Assembly (NCBI GenBank): GCA_963764725.1
Contig: CAVXTM010000010.1
Span: forward strand, 1 to 64,000
Source of the DNA: an uncultured Gammaproteobacteria bacterium
Lineage (GTDB): Bacteria > Pseudomonadota > Gammaproteobacteria > JACCXJ01
Direction of reading: 5' to 3'
Length of the DNA: 64,000 nucleotides
Positions 32,145 through 42,607 of this stretch are shown here, piece by piece. The position numbers and the translations under genes were made by a program. The notes beneath the pieces are model-generated. The model ran no database searches. It was not told the DNA's origin and worked only from the letters and a program-made list of their open reading frames with translations. The first letter of the stretch is position 1. Every line of letters starts with the position of its first letter.

Positions 32145-33944
32145 TTGACTCGAAGTATTGACCACATCACCCCGCAGGCTGCCCGCACGCTCGCCGGGCT
32201 TTTTCAGGAGCGTATCTCGCTGACGCCGCAGTCCGTCGCTTACCGCTATTTCGACCCTGCTGCGAGCACCTGGAAGGGGCTATCCTGGCAGGAGATGGGC
32301 ACGCATATCGCGCGCTGGCGGGCAGCATTGGCGCGCGAACCGTTGCAATCCGGCGATCGCGTCGCCGTGATGCTTCGCAATTCGCCGGAGTGGGTCATGT
32401 TTGAGCAAGCAGCGCTAGGGCGAGGTCTTGTCGTCGTCCCCCTGCATACCAACGATCGTGCCGAAAATATTGCCTACATGATCAGAGATGCGGGCGCAAA
32501 AGTGCTGCTGCTCGGGGATGCCAAGGACTGGCGCCTGTTGCAGGCTGTGCGTAATCATTTAGTGGGCTTGGTGCGCGTCCTTACCCTCGCACCCCATGAG
32601 GGCGAATCCGACGATGCGCGTCTGTGGGATGTTAATGCATGGCTATCGCTCGCCGATAAGGCCGCACCGATGCATGCAGGCCTCCCCGATGATCTCGCCA
32701 CCATCGTATACACCTCGGGAACGGTCGGCCGCCCCAAAGGGGTGATGCTGAGCCACCGAAACATTTTGTGGAACGCCTATGCGCTCATGCGACGGTTCTC
32801 CATTTGTACAGACGATGGGTTTCTCTCTTTCTTGCCTCTTGCGCACAGCTTCGAGCGCACCGTTGGCTACTACCTGCCAGTGATGGCAGGTGCTCTCGTC
32901 ACTTACGCACGCTCACCTCGGCAGCTTGTTGAAGATCTCCCAGAGGTCCGGCCGACCATCTTGCTAGTCGTGCCTCGGGTCCTCGAAAAAATCTACGCAG
33001 GACTTCAGTCGAAATTTGAAAGCAACACCCTTCTAAAAACCCTGTTTGAGCTGACCATCAGAATCGGGTGGCAACGCTTTCTGTACTTGCAGGGGCGAGG
33101 GGACTGGCGCTGGCCGTTACTCTTATGGCCTTTGCTCAATCGGCTCGTGGCACATCGGATCCGCACCGGGTTAGGGTGCGATCGTCTGCGCATAGTCAGC
33201 TGCGGGGCGGCGCCCCTAGAGGCACGTCTCGCGATCGTGTTTATTGGCTTAGGATTTCCCATCTCAAATGGTTACGGCCTGACCGAGGCGAGTCCCGTGG
33301 TAAGCGCTAATGCGCTCACCGAAAATGATCCCTTCAGCGTCGGCACTCCGCTCGAGGACGTGGAAGTGCGCTTCGGTGACGAAGATGAACTGCTCGTTAA
33401 GAGTCCCGGCGTAATGTTAGGTTACTGGGGTGACCCAAAGCTTACCGCGAGGACAATCGACAGCGAAGGATGGCTACACACCGGCGACCAGGCGCGGATC
33501 AACGAGCACCATATCTACATCACTGGCCGAATCAAAGAGATCATCGTGATGGCCAATGGTGAAAAGGTGGCTCCAGAAAGTATGGAACGCGCGATTATCC
33601 TGGATCCGCTCTTCGAGCAAGTGATGGTGACGGGAGAAGGTCAGGCCTATCTGAGTGCGAGCGTCGTGTTGAACCGAGAACACTGGTCGAAATTTGCACG
33701 TGACCTTGGCCTCGACCCGAACGACCCGGCCACACTTGACCAGGCGCAGATCCAGACGACGATCTTAGACAGGATCGCGATGCGACTCCACGCGCTCCCA
33801 GGTTATGCGAAGGTGCGAAGCGTTACCCTGAGCTTGGAACCATGGACCGTGGAAAACGGGCTGTTGACGCCTACTCTTAAGGTTCGTCGCGACCGAGTAC
33901 TCGCCCATCTCCAGACGCAGGCCCTAAGCAAGGCCAGCGAGTAG
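32145..33944 (+). CDS. Long-chain fatty acid-CoA ligase (AMP-binding)
   Basis: YTSGTVGRPKG, GYGLTE, WLHTGD, LTPTLK. Confidence 0.92.
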   Translation: MTRSIDHITPQAARTLAGLFQERISLTPQSVAYRYFDPAASTWKGLSWQEMGTHIARWRAALAREPLQSGDRVAVMLRNSPEWVMFEQAALGRGLVVVPLHTNDRAENIAYMIRDAGAKVLLLGDAKDWRLLQAVRNHLVGLVRVLTLAPHEGESDDARLWDVNAWLSLADKAAPMHAGLPDDLATIVYTSGTVGRPKGVMLSHRNILWNAYALMRRFSICTDDGFLSFLPLAHSFERTVGYYLPVMAGALVTYARSPRQLVEDLPEVRPTILLVVPRVLEKIYAGLQSKFESNTLLKTLFELTIRIGWQRFLYLQGRGDWRWPLLLWPLLNRLVAHRIRTGLGCDRLRIVSCGAAPLEARLAIVFIGLGFPISNGYGLTEASPVVSANALTENDPFSVGTPLEDVEVRFGDEDELLVKSPGVMLGYWGDPKLTARTIDSEGWLHTGDQARINEHHIYITGRIKEIIVMANGEKVAPESMERAIILDPLFEQVMVTGEGQAYLSASVVLNREHWSKFARDLGLDPNDPATLDQAQIQTTILDRIAMRLHALPGYAKVRSVTLSLEPWTVENGLLTPTLKVRRDRVLAHLQTQALSKASE

Positions 33945-33974
33945 TGCACGCGGATACACCGCTTAAGTAGCCTA

Positions 33975-34190
33975 TCAACCGTCCGCTTCGTACTTGAACG
34001 ACAACTGTACCCGTGCCCGGTAAGCGGTGACTCGACCGTTTTCAATCTTCATATCGAGTTTGGTTATTTCGGCGACGCGGAGGTCGCGAAGATGCTTGCC
34101 GGCCTCTTCGACGGCGTTCTTTGCTGCATCCTCCCAGGATTGTGCACTGGTTCCAATGATCTCGGTGATTCTGTACACGCTTTCTGTCAT
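33975..34190 (-). CDS. Dodecin family protein
   Basis: SVYRITEIIGTS..SWEDAA...YRARVQLSFKY. Confidence 0.92.
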   Translation of the reverse strand: MTESVYRITEIIGTSAQSWEDAAKNAVEEAGKHLRDLRVAEITKLDMKIENGRVTAYRARVQLSFKYEADG

Positions 34191-34412
34191 TTTTCCTCCT
34201 CTGTTTCCGGAGCCTCCTGTCTGCTCAGGTCATGCGCAGGCAACAATTGACCTCTGACGCTTCACGGCATCCAGAGCAATGCTCCGAGAAATTTCCATTG
34301 CCCTAGGATGCATTCTACTCCTTTTTACAGCAACTATAAGCCTTCACCCATCCGCGAGACATGGTTGATACGATTCCTCCAGGCGCCTCGATTCCAGCGT
34401 TAGATCCCGCTG

Positions 34413-35156
34413 TTAGCGCGATACGATTCGGACGGGCGAAGCGCGCAAATATTTTCTCTTGAGTTGCCCGTAAAGGCAGTTTTCGTGATATCGTGCATTC
34501 TTATCTTGAGCGGCGGCTCTCCACATTTCGTTCCAAAGATGAATCGCGTAAGTGCTTTCATCGAGCACGGTTTCCACATCAGGTTCTAGCACTTTGTGCC
34601 ACTCGGAGTAACCCAACGGACAAAAAACGTAATGTGGCTTTGTATATTTTCCCAGCGAATACTTTCTGACCGCTTCTGCCATTAGTCTTGGCCCAGTCTC
34701 TCCCCAAACCAAATGCTCCGGGTTCTTAGACTGACAAACTCCCCACGCATAGGTCATAACGTTACTCCCTGCTGGAGCTTTGAGGATGCCGCTAGTTACA
34801 ACTTCGAGCCCCTTACTTATTATCTCGCTGGAGAAAACGTGCTTTTCAGGAAAATCAAACGGCTTCAGGCAAATGATATCGGTATCGGCCCACCACCCCC
34901 CACGATCGAGTAGTAGCTTATAGCGAAAAAAATTTGCAAAACCTGCATAGCTTGGATAGTGCTTGTATTGAAAGATGCGCGAGGACGGCAATATCTCATT
35001 AGCATCCTTGATGACAGTCCCAACCGGGATGTTCTTCGGCTCATCGTAAACATACAGATGGTACTCATGTCCGTTCAGCAGGAACGAAGAGACTGACAAC
35101 TGTTCCATCACAGAAAGTTCAGGACCGATCCAAAGTCCCTGAATGATCTTGTTCAT
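34413..35156 (-). CDS. GT32-like (alpha-1,4-/DXD) glycosyltransferase
   Basis: IQGLWIG, FFRYKLLLDRGGWWADTD, WGETGP, AIHLWNE; visibly lower GC than its neighbours. Confidence 0.85.
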   Translation of the reverse strand: MNKIIQGLWIGPELSVMEQLSVSSFLLNGHEYHLYVYDEPKNIPVGTVIKDANEILPSSRIFQYKHYPSYAGFANFFRYKLLLDRGGWWADTDIICLKPFDFPEKHVFSSEIISKGLEVVTSGILKAPAGSNVMTYAWGVCQSKNPEHLVWGETGPRLMAEAVRKYSLGKYTKPHYVFCPLGYSEWHKVLEPDVETVLDESTYAIHLWNEMWRAAAQDKNARYHENCLYGQLKRKYLRASPVRIVSR

Positions 35157-35179
35157 CTCTCGGTGTTGCTAGTTAGCGC

Positions 35180-35340
35180 GTCTTCAGGCGCCGTTTCGGG
35201 CGCTCTCTTTCTGGTACTCGACGACGTAATCGGCCGCCATTCTCAGGGAATGATCCTCTACTTACAGCCTTGTCCCGGCATGCCTGGGAGAAACATCGAC
35301 GATATCATCGATGAGCGCCTCTGTCGCTGCACCGGCGCTT
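35180..35340 (-). pseudogene. Probable GT4 glycosyltransferase C-terminal remnant
   Basis: Broken frames give EALIDDIVDVSP...LRMAADYVVEYQK. Confidence 0.4.
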
Positions 35341-35420
35341 TGCGGCCTATAACCTCCCATAGGTTTTATGTTATACCAAGCGAGTTGTAGATATCGGGCC
35401 TCGTCGATGCCAAAAGAGAA

Positions 35421-36896
35421 GTGGACCACACCGCGATGAGCATAGGGATGGGGGGCGAGCGAGCGCAGCTGGTGGCTACCCTGCACGCACCGCCGTCTCC
35501 CGAAGCTCGCGAGGTCGGCGGCGCGGACTGGATTGAGGTGCGGGCAGAGGCCACTGGCGAGCTAGATGCTGGCTGGCTGCGCAACCGGTTCCGCGGCGGT
35601 CTCATCTACGGCCTGGGCGCGGGGATGTCTGCTGAGGCGCGTTGCCGGCGGCTCTGCGCCGCCCGCGAATATGACCTCATCGACCTGGACGGCGAGCGCG
35701 ATCTGGTGCCCGAGATTCTGGAAGCCATCCCCAGAGAGCGGCGCGTGATCTCTTGGCACGGTCCGGGGGAGGGCTACGAAGACCTACACCGGCGCTTCGA
35801 ACGCTATGCGGCGGCGGGAGCGGTCTTGATCCGGCTGGTTCCTTGGGCCGGCGCGCTGCCGGACGGCTTAGCCCCGCTGTCGCTGCTGAAGAGCCTGCGG
35901 CGCCCCGACTTGGTTGCCTACGCCGCGGGGGACTGCGGTTACTGGACCCGACCCCTAGCCGCGCGCTTGGGGGCGCCCTGGGTCTTCGGAGAGGCGTCCG
36001 GCGGCGAGGACGGATGCAGCATCGCCCGCTTGATCGAGGACTTTGGCGTACCCCTTCTTTGGACTGCGGACGAAGTCTTTGGGATTGCGGGCGATCCGGT
36101 GCTCCAGGCCTATTCGACCCGGCTGCACAACGCGGCATACCGAGCCCTCGGCCGGAAAGCCCTGTACCTGCCCTTCTCCTGCCCCGACTTCGCCGACCTG
36201 TGGGAGGGGATCGTAGCGCCTGGAGCCTTGGACGGCTTGGGCTTTCCTCTGCGCGGGCTCACCACCGTCTCTCCGCATAAAGAAGCGGCTCTCGCGCAGG
36301 CGCGGATCAGCAGCGCGCTTTCCAGCCAAGCTGGCGCCTCCAATCTGTTGTTGCGGCGCGGGGCAGATTGGACCGCGACCACCACAGACGCGCTGGGAGT
36401 CCTAGAGCCGCTGCGCCGGCGCCGCATTCCTCTGGCCGGATCCCGGGCGGCGGTGCTCGGCTGCGGCGGGACGGGACGCGCGGTGGCGGTGGCGCTCAGC
36501 GCCGCCGGGGCCGAGGTGTCGCTGGTCAATCGCGGAAAAGCGCGCGGGCACTCCGCCGCGCGCCGGCTTGGGCTACCTTTCCTCCCCTTGGCCGGCTTCG
36601 CACCCGCCGGTTTCGACCTGATCGTGAACGCCACGCCGCTCGGGCGCGGGCCCGACGAATGCCCCTTCGACGCAGGGCGCGCCCGTCACGACACGGTGAT
36701 CGCCGATTTTGTGTACCGCAGTTCCCCCACACGCCTGGCGGCGGTGGCCCGCGCCCGTGGCCTGCGGGTAATCGATGGCCATGAGATCCTTGGCGTCCAG
36801 GTTCGTGAACAATTCCGCCGCCTCACCGGCCAGCCCTGGCCTGACCAGGTTGCGGCCATGCTGCCCCTGCGGCTCGCCGCCGGACAGCCCCTGTGA
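35421..36896 (+). CDS. Fused type I dehydroquinase-like / shikimate dehydrogenase-like protein
   Basis: DWIEVRA and VISWH (AroD-like); SPHKE, TTD, LGCGGTG, NR and IVNATPLG (AroE-like). Confidence 0.8.
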   Translation: MDHTAMSIGMGGERAQLVATLHAPPSPEAREVGGADWIEVRAEATGELDAGWLRNRFRGGLIYGLGAGMSAEARCRRLCAAREYDLIDLDGERDLVPEILEAIPRERRVISWHGPGEGYEDLHRRFERYAAAGAVLIRLVPWAGALPDGLAPLSLLKSLRRPDLVAYAAGDCGYWTRPLAARLGAPWVFGEASGGEDGCSIARLIEDFGVPLLWTADEVFGIAGDPVLQAYSTRLHNAAYRALGRKALYLPFSCPDFADLWEGIVAPGALDGLGFPLRGLTTVSPHKEAALAQARISSALSSQAGASNLLLRRGADWTATTTDALGVLEPLRRRRIPLAGSRAAVLGCGGTGRAVAVALSAAGAEVSLVNRGKARGHSAARRLGLPFLPLAGFAPAGFDLIVNATPLGRGPDECPFDAGRARHDTVIADFVYRSSPTRLAAVARARGLRVIDGHEILGVQVREQFRRLTGQPWPDQVAAMLPLRLAAGQPL

Positions 36897-37504
36897 GGCC
36901 CGTTATCCCGCGGCCATGCTCGTGGGGCCGATTCAGGCCTAGCGTGGTGCGCGCAGCCACAAATTGAGCGGACCCTCCTCAACAACGGTCGAGGGGCGTG
37001 TCGGTGATGAGGTTACGGATGATGGCGCCCAGGTTCTTCCCCCGCTCGCAGCCGCGCCGGTACGCCGCTTCGACAATGCGCCCATCGTTCCCGACCGATC
37101 CGTTGACCGCCTCGAACCCCAGGACCATGGGAACGTTCGCATCCTCCGGGCTGACGGCTGCATCTGGCGCGCGATCTTGCCGCGCTTGAGGCACATCCTG
37201 CCTCGCCGGATCCGCAGGTGCGTGAATTGCTCTTTGACGCTTATGTGATCCATAGTGAATACCTCCGGGTCTGTGGTAGTACTCTCGCTTCTACTAGACA
37301 AACAACTCAGATGAACCATCCTCTGAGTGCGAAGGACATTATTCTGCGAATTTATGACGGCCGAATGACGTTGACCGGTGCTTTCCGTGAAGGGCCCTCC
37401 TCGATGCTGATGCCTCCATTAGAAAGTGTAGCACTGTTATCGAGAAATCCTATTTGCATTGCACAACCGGGGTTAATATGGCTGAGACCGGCGAGGCGGG
37501 TTAG

Positions 37505-38740
37505 TTAACCTTCATACTTTCGAGCGATGAGCACAGCATTGGTGCCCCCGAAGGCAAAGGAATTCGACATCACAGTGGCGACGGCGACGTTCGTTCGAGC
37601 GCTATTCGCGACGTAATCGAGGTCACACTCGGGGTCTGGATCCGTGAGATTGATGGTCGGTGGTATGGCTTGGTGTTTTAAGCTCATGATCGCGACAATT
37701 AATTCCATGGCCCCCGCCGCGCCTAAGAGATGCCCGTGCATGGATTTCGTCGAGCTAATCGGGATCTGATAGCCGTGGCGGCCGAATACCTCCTTGATCG
37801 CGGTGGTCTCGACGGTGTCGTTTTGCGACGTCGCCGTCCCATGGGCATTGATGTAATCAATTTCTTCTGGTCCCATCTTGGAATCCTCCAACGCGGACCG
37901 TAATGCGTGCGCCTGCCCTGCGAGCGAGGGCCGGGTGATGTGCGCGACATCGGTGGTCTGGCTATAGCCGACGAGCTCGGCATAGACCGGCGCGGTGCGG
38001 GATCGCGCCCGTTCCAGATCTTCAAGAACGACAATTGCCGCGCCTTCACCGAGCACCAGCCCGGTACGGTTCTTCGAGAACGGCTTGCAAGACGCCGCGG
38101 GATTTTCCGGGTCCTCTAAGGCGAGCGTGCGCAGCGCTTCCCACGCCTTCATAGTGCCATAGGTCAGAGGCGCCTCGGCGCCGCCCGCAAGCGCCGAGTC
38201 GATGCGTCCGAGCGCGATCTGGCGATAGGCTTCCCCCACCGCGACAGTGGACGAGGAGCAAGCGGTCGAATACGTGAGACACGGACCTGTCAGCCCGTAT
38301 TCGAGAGCGATCCACGAGGCGGGGGCATTGTTCATCGTCATCACCACCGTGAAGGGCGGCAAACGCTCCGATCCCTCGCGATACAAAATCGCATACCCGG
38401 CATCGGTCGTTTCCGCGCCGCCCATGCCCGTGCCCAAATACACACCGCACCGGGGTTCCTCACCGCGTTGGAAGACCAACTCCGCATCGGTCACGGCCTG
38501 TGCCGCCGCGCTCAGGGCGAGCTGACTGACTCGATCTAGAATTTTCAAGCGGCCAGGAGGGAAAAACAGCGCCCCGTCAAAATCAACCTGCGCGCCGATG
38601 CGGATCGACAGCTTTTCGGCGAACGGCGTTTGCAGCCTCCCAATGCCGGACCTTCCCGCGAGCAGGTTTTTGAAGAACTCTTGCGGGTCATTCCCGAGCG
38701 GTGAGATCACCCCCAGCCCGGTAATGGCCACCCTTCTCAA
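37505..38740 (-). CDS. Beta-ketoacyl-ACP synthase II (FabF-like)
   Basis: TACSSS, NAHGTAT, KSMHGHLLGA (Cys-His-His triad). Confidence 0.93.
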   Translation of the reverse strand: MRRVAITGLGVISPLGNDPQEFFKNLLAGRSGIGRLQTPFAEKLSIRIGAQVDFDGALFFPPGRLKILDRVSQLALSAAAQAVTDAELVFQRGEEPRCGVYLGTGMGGAETTDAGYAILYREGSERLPPFTVVMTMNNAPASWIALEYGLTGPCLTYSTACSSSTVAVGEAYRQIALGRIDSALAGGAEAPLTYGTMKAWEALRTLALEDPENPAASCKPFSKNRTGLVLGEGAAIVVLEDLERARSRTAPVYAELVGYSQTTDVAHITRPSLAGQAHALRSALEDSKMGPEEIDYINAHGTATSQNDTVETTAIKEVFGRHGYQIPISSTKSMHGHLLGAAGAMELIVAIMSLKHQAIPPTINLTDPDPECDLDYVANSARTNVAVATVMSNSFAFGGTNAVLIARKYEG

Positions 38741-39003
38741 GGACTGCGTTCCTCAACAGTGGGCTGAACGTGCTGCTCTGCAACCAAGCGATCGATATAT
38801 TCGACAACATCCTGGAGGGTTTTCAGAGGCGCCTGGTCACGCGGCACGGTGATGTTGAATTCGTCTTCGATGTTGAACAGCAGATCGATGGTGTCCATCG
38901 AATCGAGCCCAAGCGCCTCGAGCGACGCGGCCGGCACGAGATCACCGTGTTTAACTTGGTTGTGCTTAACCAGCAACGCCTGTAAGCGTTCCAAGGTCGT
39001 CAT
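38737..39003 (-). CDS. Acyl carrier protein
   Basis: LGLDSMD phosphopantetheine site; IEDEFNI. Confidence 0.92.
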   Translation of the reverse strand: MTTLERLQALLVKHNQVKHGDLVPAASLEALGLDSMDTIDLLFNIEDEFNITVPRDQAPLKTLQDVVEYIDRLVAEQHVQPTVEERSP

Positions 39004-39029
39004 TATTTAGTCTCCGGGAGATTGATCCC

Positions 39030-40094
39030 CTAGGTCACTTCTAACAAGGCCCCGTGACAGCTGAACCCGGCGCCAAACGAGGACATCCACCACCAACCGC
39101 AGGGCGCCGAATGCTTCAGGGCGGCGCTGAGCACGAAGTACACGAAGGCGCTGCTCAGGTTGCCGAATTCGCTCAATGTCTCCCGGCTATGGAGGATCGC
39201 CTCCTCGGGTAGCTCCAATCGTTCCTTTAGAGCCGCGAGCACATCGCGCCCGCCCGCGTGCCAAATCCAAGTGCTGATATTTTGCTTGTTCATACCAGAG
39301 CTTTCCAGTACCGTCCCCAATACCCGCTCCGCATAAGCCGCCGCCAGCTTTGGAACGGGCCGGGTGAGGATATTGCGTAGCATCCCCTGGCGCTGCTCAA
39401 AACGCAGATCATCGCGCCGTTCGGGATCGGTAAGGGACGCACTCGTTTTCCATTCGATGCGCCGGCGGCCCGGAACCGCGGCATCGGAGAGCACCGCCGC
39501 GCCCGCCCCATCACCGAACAAGCAACCGCTGATCAGCACCCCCGGATCGTTGTCGAGATAGATCGCCGCGCTGCACACTTCGGCCGAGACAGCCAACACA
39601 TTCCGGCACCGGCCAGCCAAAAGCAGCGCCTCCGCCATCATCCAATTGGGCAAAGCAGCGCCGCATCCCTGACCGACGAGATCGAATGCCAACGCGTTGG
39701 GCCGCAACCCGAGTCCCTCTATCAGATAACTCGTCAGGCCCGGACACAGGTATCCTGTACAGGTGCTTGCGATCACCGCATCGATCTCGGGGGCGCGCCG
39801 CCCGGCGTTCTCGAGCGCCTGGCGCGCCGCGGCGATCGCCAGCCGGGGAGCGTGATCGCCGAAGCGCCGATGCAGGGTGTCGGCATCGATCTCGAACACT
39901 TCGCGCAGGTTTTCCGGCGCCAAATACCTGGTTGCGATGCCGTTATCGCCGAGCAATACCTGCTCGATGAGAGCACAGGCGCGCCGGTCGAGCCGGGTAG
40001 CGAACGAGGAAACCTTAAACGCTTCCCAGCATTCGGCCTGCGTATAGCGCTGCGGAGGCACGGCGGTGCCGAGCCCGGTGACGAACATTGCCAT
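39030..40094 (-). CDS. Type III polyketide synthase
   Basis: GQGCGA (Cys), WHAGG (His), GNLSS (Asn), LFGDGA, FGAGF. Confidence 0.92.
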   Translation of the reverse strand: MAMFVTGLGTAVPPQRYTQAECWEAFKVSSFATRLDRRACALIEQVLLGDNGIATRYLAPENLREVFEIDADTLHRRFGDHAPRLAIAAARQALENAGRRAPEIDAVIASTCTGYLCPGLTSYLIEGLGLRPNALAFDLVGQGCGAALPNWMMAEALLLAGRCRNVLAVSAEVCSAAIYLDNDPGVLISGCLFGDGAGAAVLSDAAVPGRRRIEWKTSASLTDPERRDDLRFEQRQGMLRNILTRPVPKLAAAYAERVLGTVLESSGMNKQNISTWIWHAGGRDVLAALKERLELPEEAILHSRETLSEFGNLSSAFVYFVLSAALKHSAPCGWWWMSSFGAGFSCHGALLEVT

Positions 40095-40149
40095 TATTAG
40101 TTGTGTTTTTTAGACATGATAGCCCAAGCGCACGGTCGAGGCCGAGGCG

Positions 40150-41331
40150 TCACGCCGGATGACTCATACGCACCGCAGGCCGATGATTCAATACCTTCAG
40201 CAGCGGCACCGCCAACCCGGGGATCCGCGCCAGGATGGAAAACGCCGCCCGTGTTAAGCCCGGCCGCCTGAGGATCCCAGCGGCGGCGTGGCAGAGGACT
40301 CTGCGCCCGATCACGCGGCGATAGGACCATTCCCACTCCGCGATCAGAGCGGGATCCCAGCGCCGGACGGCCTGGAGCGCTAACGGGACCACGGCTTCCG
40401 CCGAGGCCAACGCCCAGGCGATGCCCTCGCCGGTGAAGGGTTCCACGTAACCCGCGGCGTCGCCCAGGACGAACACGCGCTCGGAGGCGAGACACGGCGG
40501 CCGGACGGTCAAACGCGCCGTTCCCCGCCAAGCTGCCTCGGCTAGTGGGGGAATTGGCGGCCAACCCACCTCGCCCAGAATCGCCGCCGCCGCAGCCCCC
40601 GCCCCACCCAGCGTGCGGACGAACCCCCGATCGAACGCCGCCGCCACATTCAGCCGTCCGTCCTCCACGCGCACCAACCCGACGTAGCCGCGCGCGCCGC
40701 AGGCCATGAAGATCGCTCCGGACGCATAAAAAGCCGGCGCCGGCACGACGATCACCCCGGCCCCGACGCGCGCATCCTGTGCGACCCGCGGAGCATATTT
40801 CACTGCCGCGCGGATCAAACGGCTACCGAGTCCGTCGGCGCACAACACCAGCTGGCTCGACACAGCGCCGCATTGAGGGCCCTGCCGCAGTGCGACGGCC
40901 GGCTTCGTGCCGGCTCCTAAGCATGCGACCGTGCCTGGTAGAAACTGCGCTCCCGCGCCGACGGCCGCTTGGATCAACGCCGCGTCAAACACCTCGCGGC
41001 TGAGCGCGACCCCTCCCGGTACCGCGAGCGTCAGATCCCCGCCCCGGATCGCGGCATGGAACGCCTTGATGGGTACCGCGCCGCAACGCTCCGCCAAGGC
41101 ACCGAGGCCCGCCGCGTTCAATACCTCCAAAGCGCGTGGATTCAAGCAGGCGCCGCACACTTTGTACCGCGGAAAAGCCGCCTTATCGACGAGCAGCACC
41201 CGTAGCCCGTGCCGCGCTAATGCGTGCGCGGCGAACGCACCGGCCGGCCCCGCGCCGACGATGAGCACCTCCCATTCCCGCGCGGCCGCATCGGTGATCG
41301 CGAGCGTCCCTATCGTATCGGTCGGGTTCAT
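40150..41331 (-). CDS. FAD-dependent oxidoreductase (geranylgeranyl-reductase/halogenase-like fold)
   Basis: VGAGPAG, FPRYKVCG, ADG, GDAAGYVEPFTGEGI. Confidence 0.9.
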   Translation of the reverse strand: MNPTDTIGTLAITDAAAREWEVLIVGAGPAGAFAAHALARHGLRVLLVDKAAFPRYKVCGACLNPRALEVLNAAGLGALAERCGAVPIKAFHAAIRGGDLTLAVPGGVALSREVFDAALIQAAVGAGAQFLPGTVACLGAGTKPAVALRQGPQCGAVSSQLVLCADGLGSRLIRAAVKYAPRVAQDARVGAGVIVVPAPAFYASGAIFMACGARGYVGLVRVEDGRLNVAAAFDRGFVRTLGGAGAAAAAILGEVGWPPIPPLAEAAWRGTARLTVRPPCLASERVFVLGDAAGYVEPFTGEGIAWALASAEAVVPLALQAVRRWDPALIAEWEWSYRRVIGRRVLCHAAAGILRRPGLTRAAFSILARIPGLAVPLLKVLNHRPAVRMSHPA

Positions 41332-41355
41332 GGGGTTAAAATCCGTCGCGCCCGA

Positions 41356-42066
41356 CTACTCTAACCATTTGTCGATCAGATCCGCCATCTCGCCGGTACG
41401 CATCGGAGGCTCCGCGGTATCGAACCAGCGCATGGATTGCGCCGCGATCAACCGAGTAATCTTCTCCCCGCTCACCAGACCATGTTGGTCGTAACACCGA
41501 TCCGGACATTTCGCAAGCACATTAAGCGCCGCGCCGAGCACTTTTTCCCGCGTGCTGGGAGCATCCTTTCTCGAAGACGGATTAGGTTCCTGGCGGACGG
41601 CGCCTGGTAACGAGGCCGAGGATCCCGGAACCACGCGCTGGATGAACTGCATGAGCGCCTCGAATGGTTCCGGGATCGGGACGCCCGAGGCGCGTGCCCA
41701 CTGATAGAGATCGATCGGCGCACAACGCCAATCCTCATCTGGAACATCGGGGTTCATTACTCGCGGTTTGCCTTCGGTAATGACCGCATCTCTCACGAAT
41801 GCCCACAGCTCGTTCTCCCGCGTCTTGCATTCGCCGGAAGCGCGCAATGTTTCCCACGCATCGGGCGCGATTCCAATAAGGAGCGGAATGCCTTCCGCCC
41901 GCAGCGACCACGCCGGTTTAGGCATCCAGCGCTCATAAAGCAATTGCGCCTGCGGGCTAGCATCCCGGCTTGCCACGTCCGGGGACGCTATCGGCACGGA
42001 TGACTGTAGTAACATACAGTCCAATAACTGCGCTAGTTTTTCGGCGATGTCGTTGTGCTGTCCCAT
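41356..42066 (-). CDS. Hypothetical protein
   Basis: 236-aa ORF from ATG at 42066; the upstream extension in the track runs through repeats. Confidence 0.65.
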   Translation of the reverse strand: MGQHNDIAEKLAQLLDCMLLQSSVPIASPDVASRDASPQAQLLYERWMPKPAWSLRAEGIPLLIGIAPDAWETLRASGECKTRENELWAFVRDAVITEGKPRVMNPDVPDEDWRCAPIDLYQWARASGVPIPEPFEALMQFIQRVVPGSSASLPGAVRQEPNPSSRKDAPSTREKVLGAALNVLAKCPDRCYDQHGLVSGEKITRLIAAQSMRWFDTAEPPMRTGEMADLIDKWLE

Positions 42067-42187
42067 AAACGAATTAGAAAACGGAGGGTCTTCCGGTAGT
42101 TTCGTGTCAGAGCAAAAACCACTTGGAACATGATACGCGATCCGCTGCCTAAAATAAGGCTCCTCGGCAGAATCTATGGGTATTCGG

Positions 42188-42237
42188 TTAACTCCCTCTC
42201 CCACCGGTCTATACACCCGGAGGGAGAGGGAGTAAAC
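42188..42237. repeat. CCCTCTCCC...GGGAGAGGG palindromic repeat
   Basis: ACTCCCTCTCCC / GGGAGAGGGAGT stem. Confidence 0.7.
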
Positions 42238-42257
42238 CATGGCGGCACTTACCTTGC

Positions 42258-42349
42258 CGCGACGCCTCGATAGCAATTCTTTCATCGTTGATTTATCCTC
42301 CCCGCGTTGAATGCTTCTCGCTCGGCGCGGGTTAATTCGGGCGTCATGC
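42258..42349 (-). mobile_element. Degenerate, truncated attC-like site
   Basis: Minus strand GCATGAC GCCCG AATTAACC CGCGCCGAGCGAGAAGCATTC...GCTATCGAGGCGTCG has R''/L''-like spacing; L'/R' are missing. Confidence 0.45.
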
Positions 42350-42370
42350 GACGCAGGAACCGATAAGGCG

Positions 42371-42607
42371 ATGCCAACGATACTGAGAAGCGGGCCGTAC
42401 AGGTTTTACTTTTACAGCAATGAGAGAGGCGAGCCGCCGCACGTACATGTGCAGCGGGAGCGCTTCTTCGCAAAGTTTTGGTTGAATCCCGTGACGTTGG
42501 CGAGTTCTATCCGATTCGCTTCGCACGAGTTGCGGGCGATCCAAAGAATAGTCGAAGATCATAGGGACAATTTTCTGGAGGCTTGGAATGAGCACGCAGG
42601 CGATTGA
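42371..42607 (+). CDS. DUF4160 putative toxin
   Basis: MPTILRSGPYRFYFYSNERGEPPHVHV...AKFWL. Confidence 0.9.
   Translation: MPTILRSGPYRFYFYSNERGEPPHVHVQRERFFAKFWLNPVTLASSIRFASHELRAIQRIVEDHRDNFLEAWNEHAGD

Noticed and set aside
34395-35180. Glycosyltransferase as an integron cassette (GTTAGCGCG at 34412 and 35172; stop codon within CGCTAAC)
   Set aside because: No matching L'/R' half was found, and a 9-bp repeat could be chance.
36940-37250. Possible enzyme C-terminal remnant (…KNLGAIIRNLITDTPL)
   Set aside because: Looks coding-derived, but I cannot assign a family with confidence.
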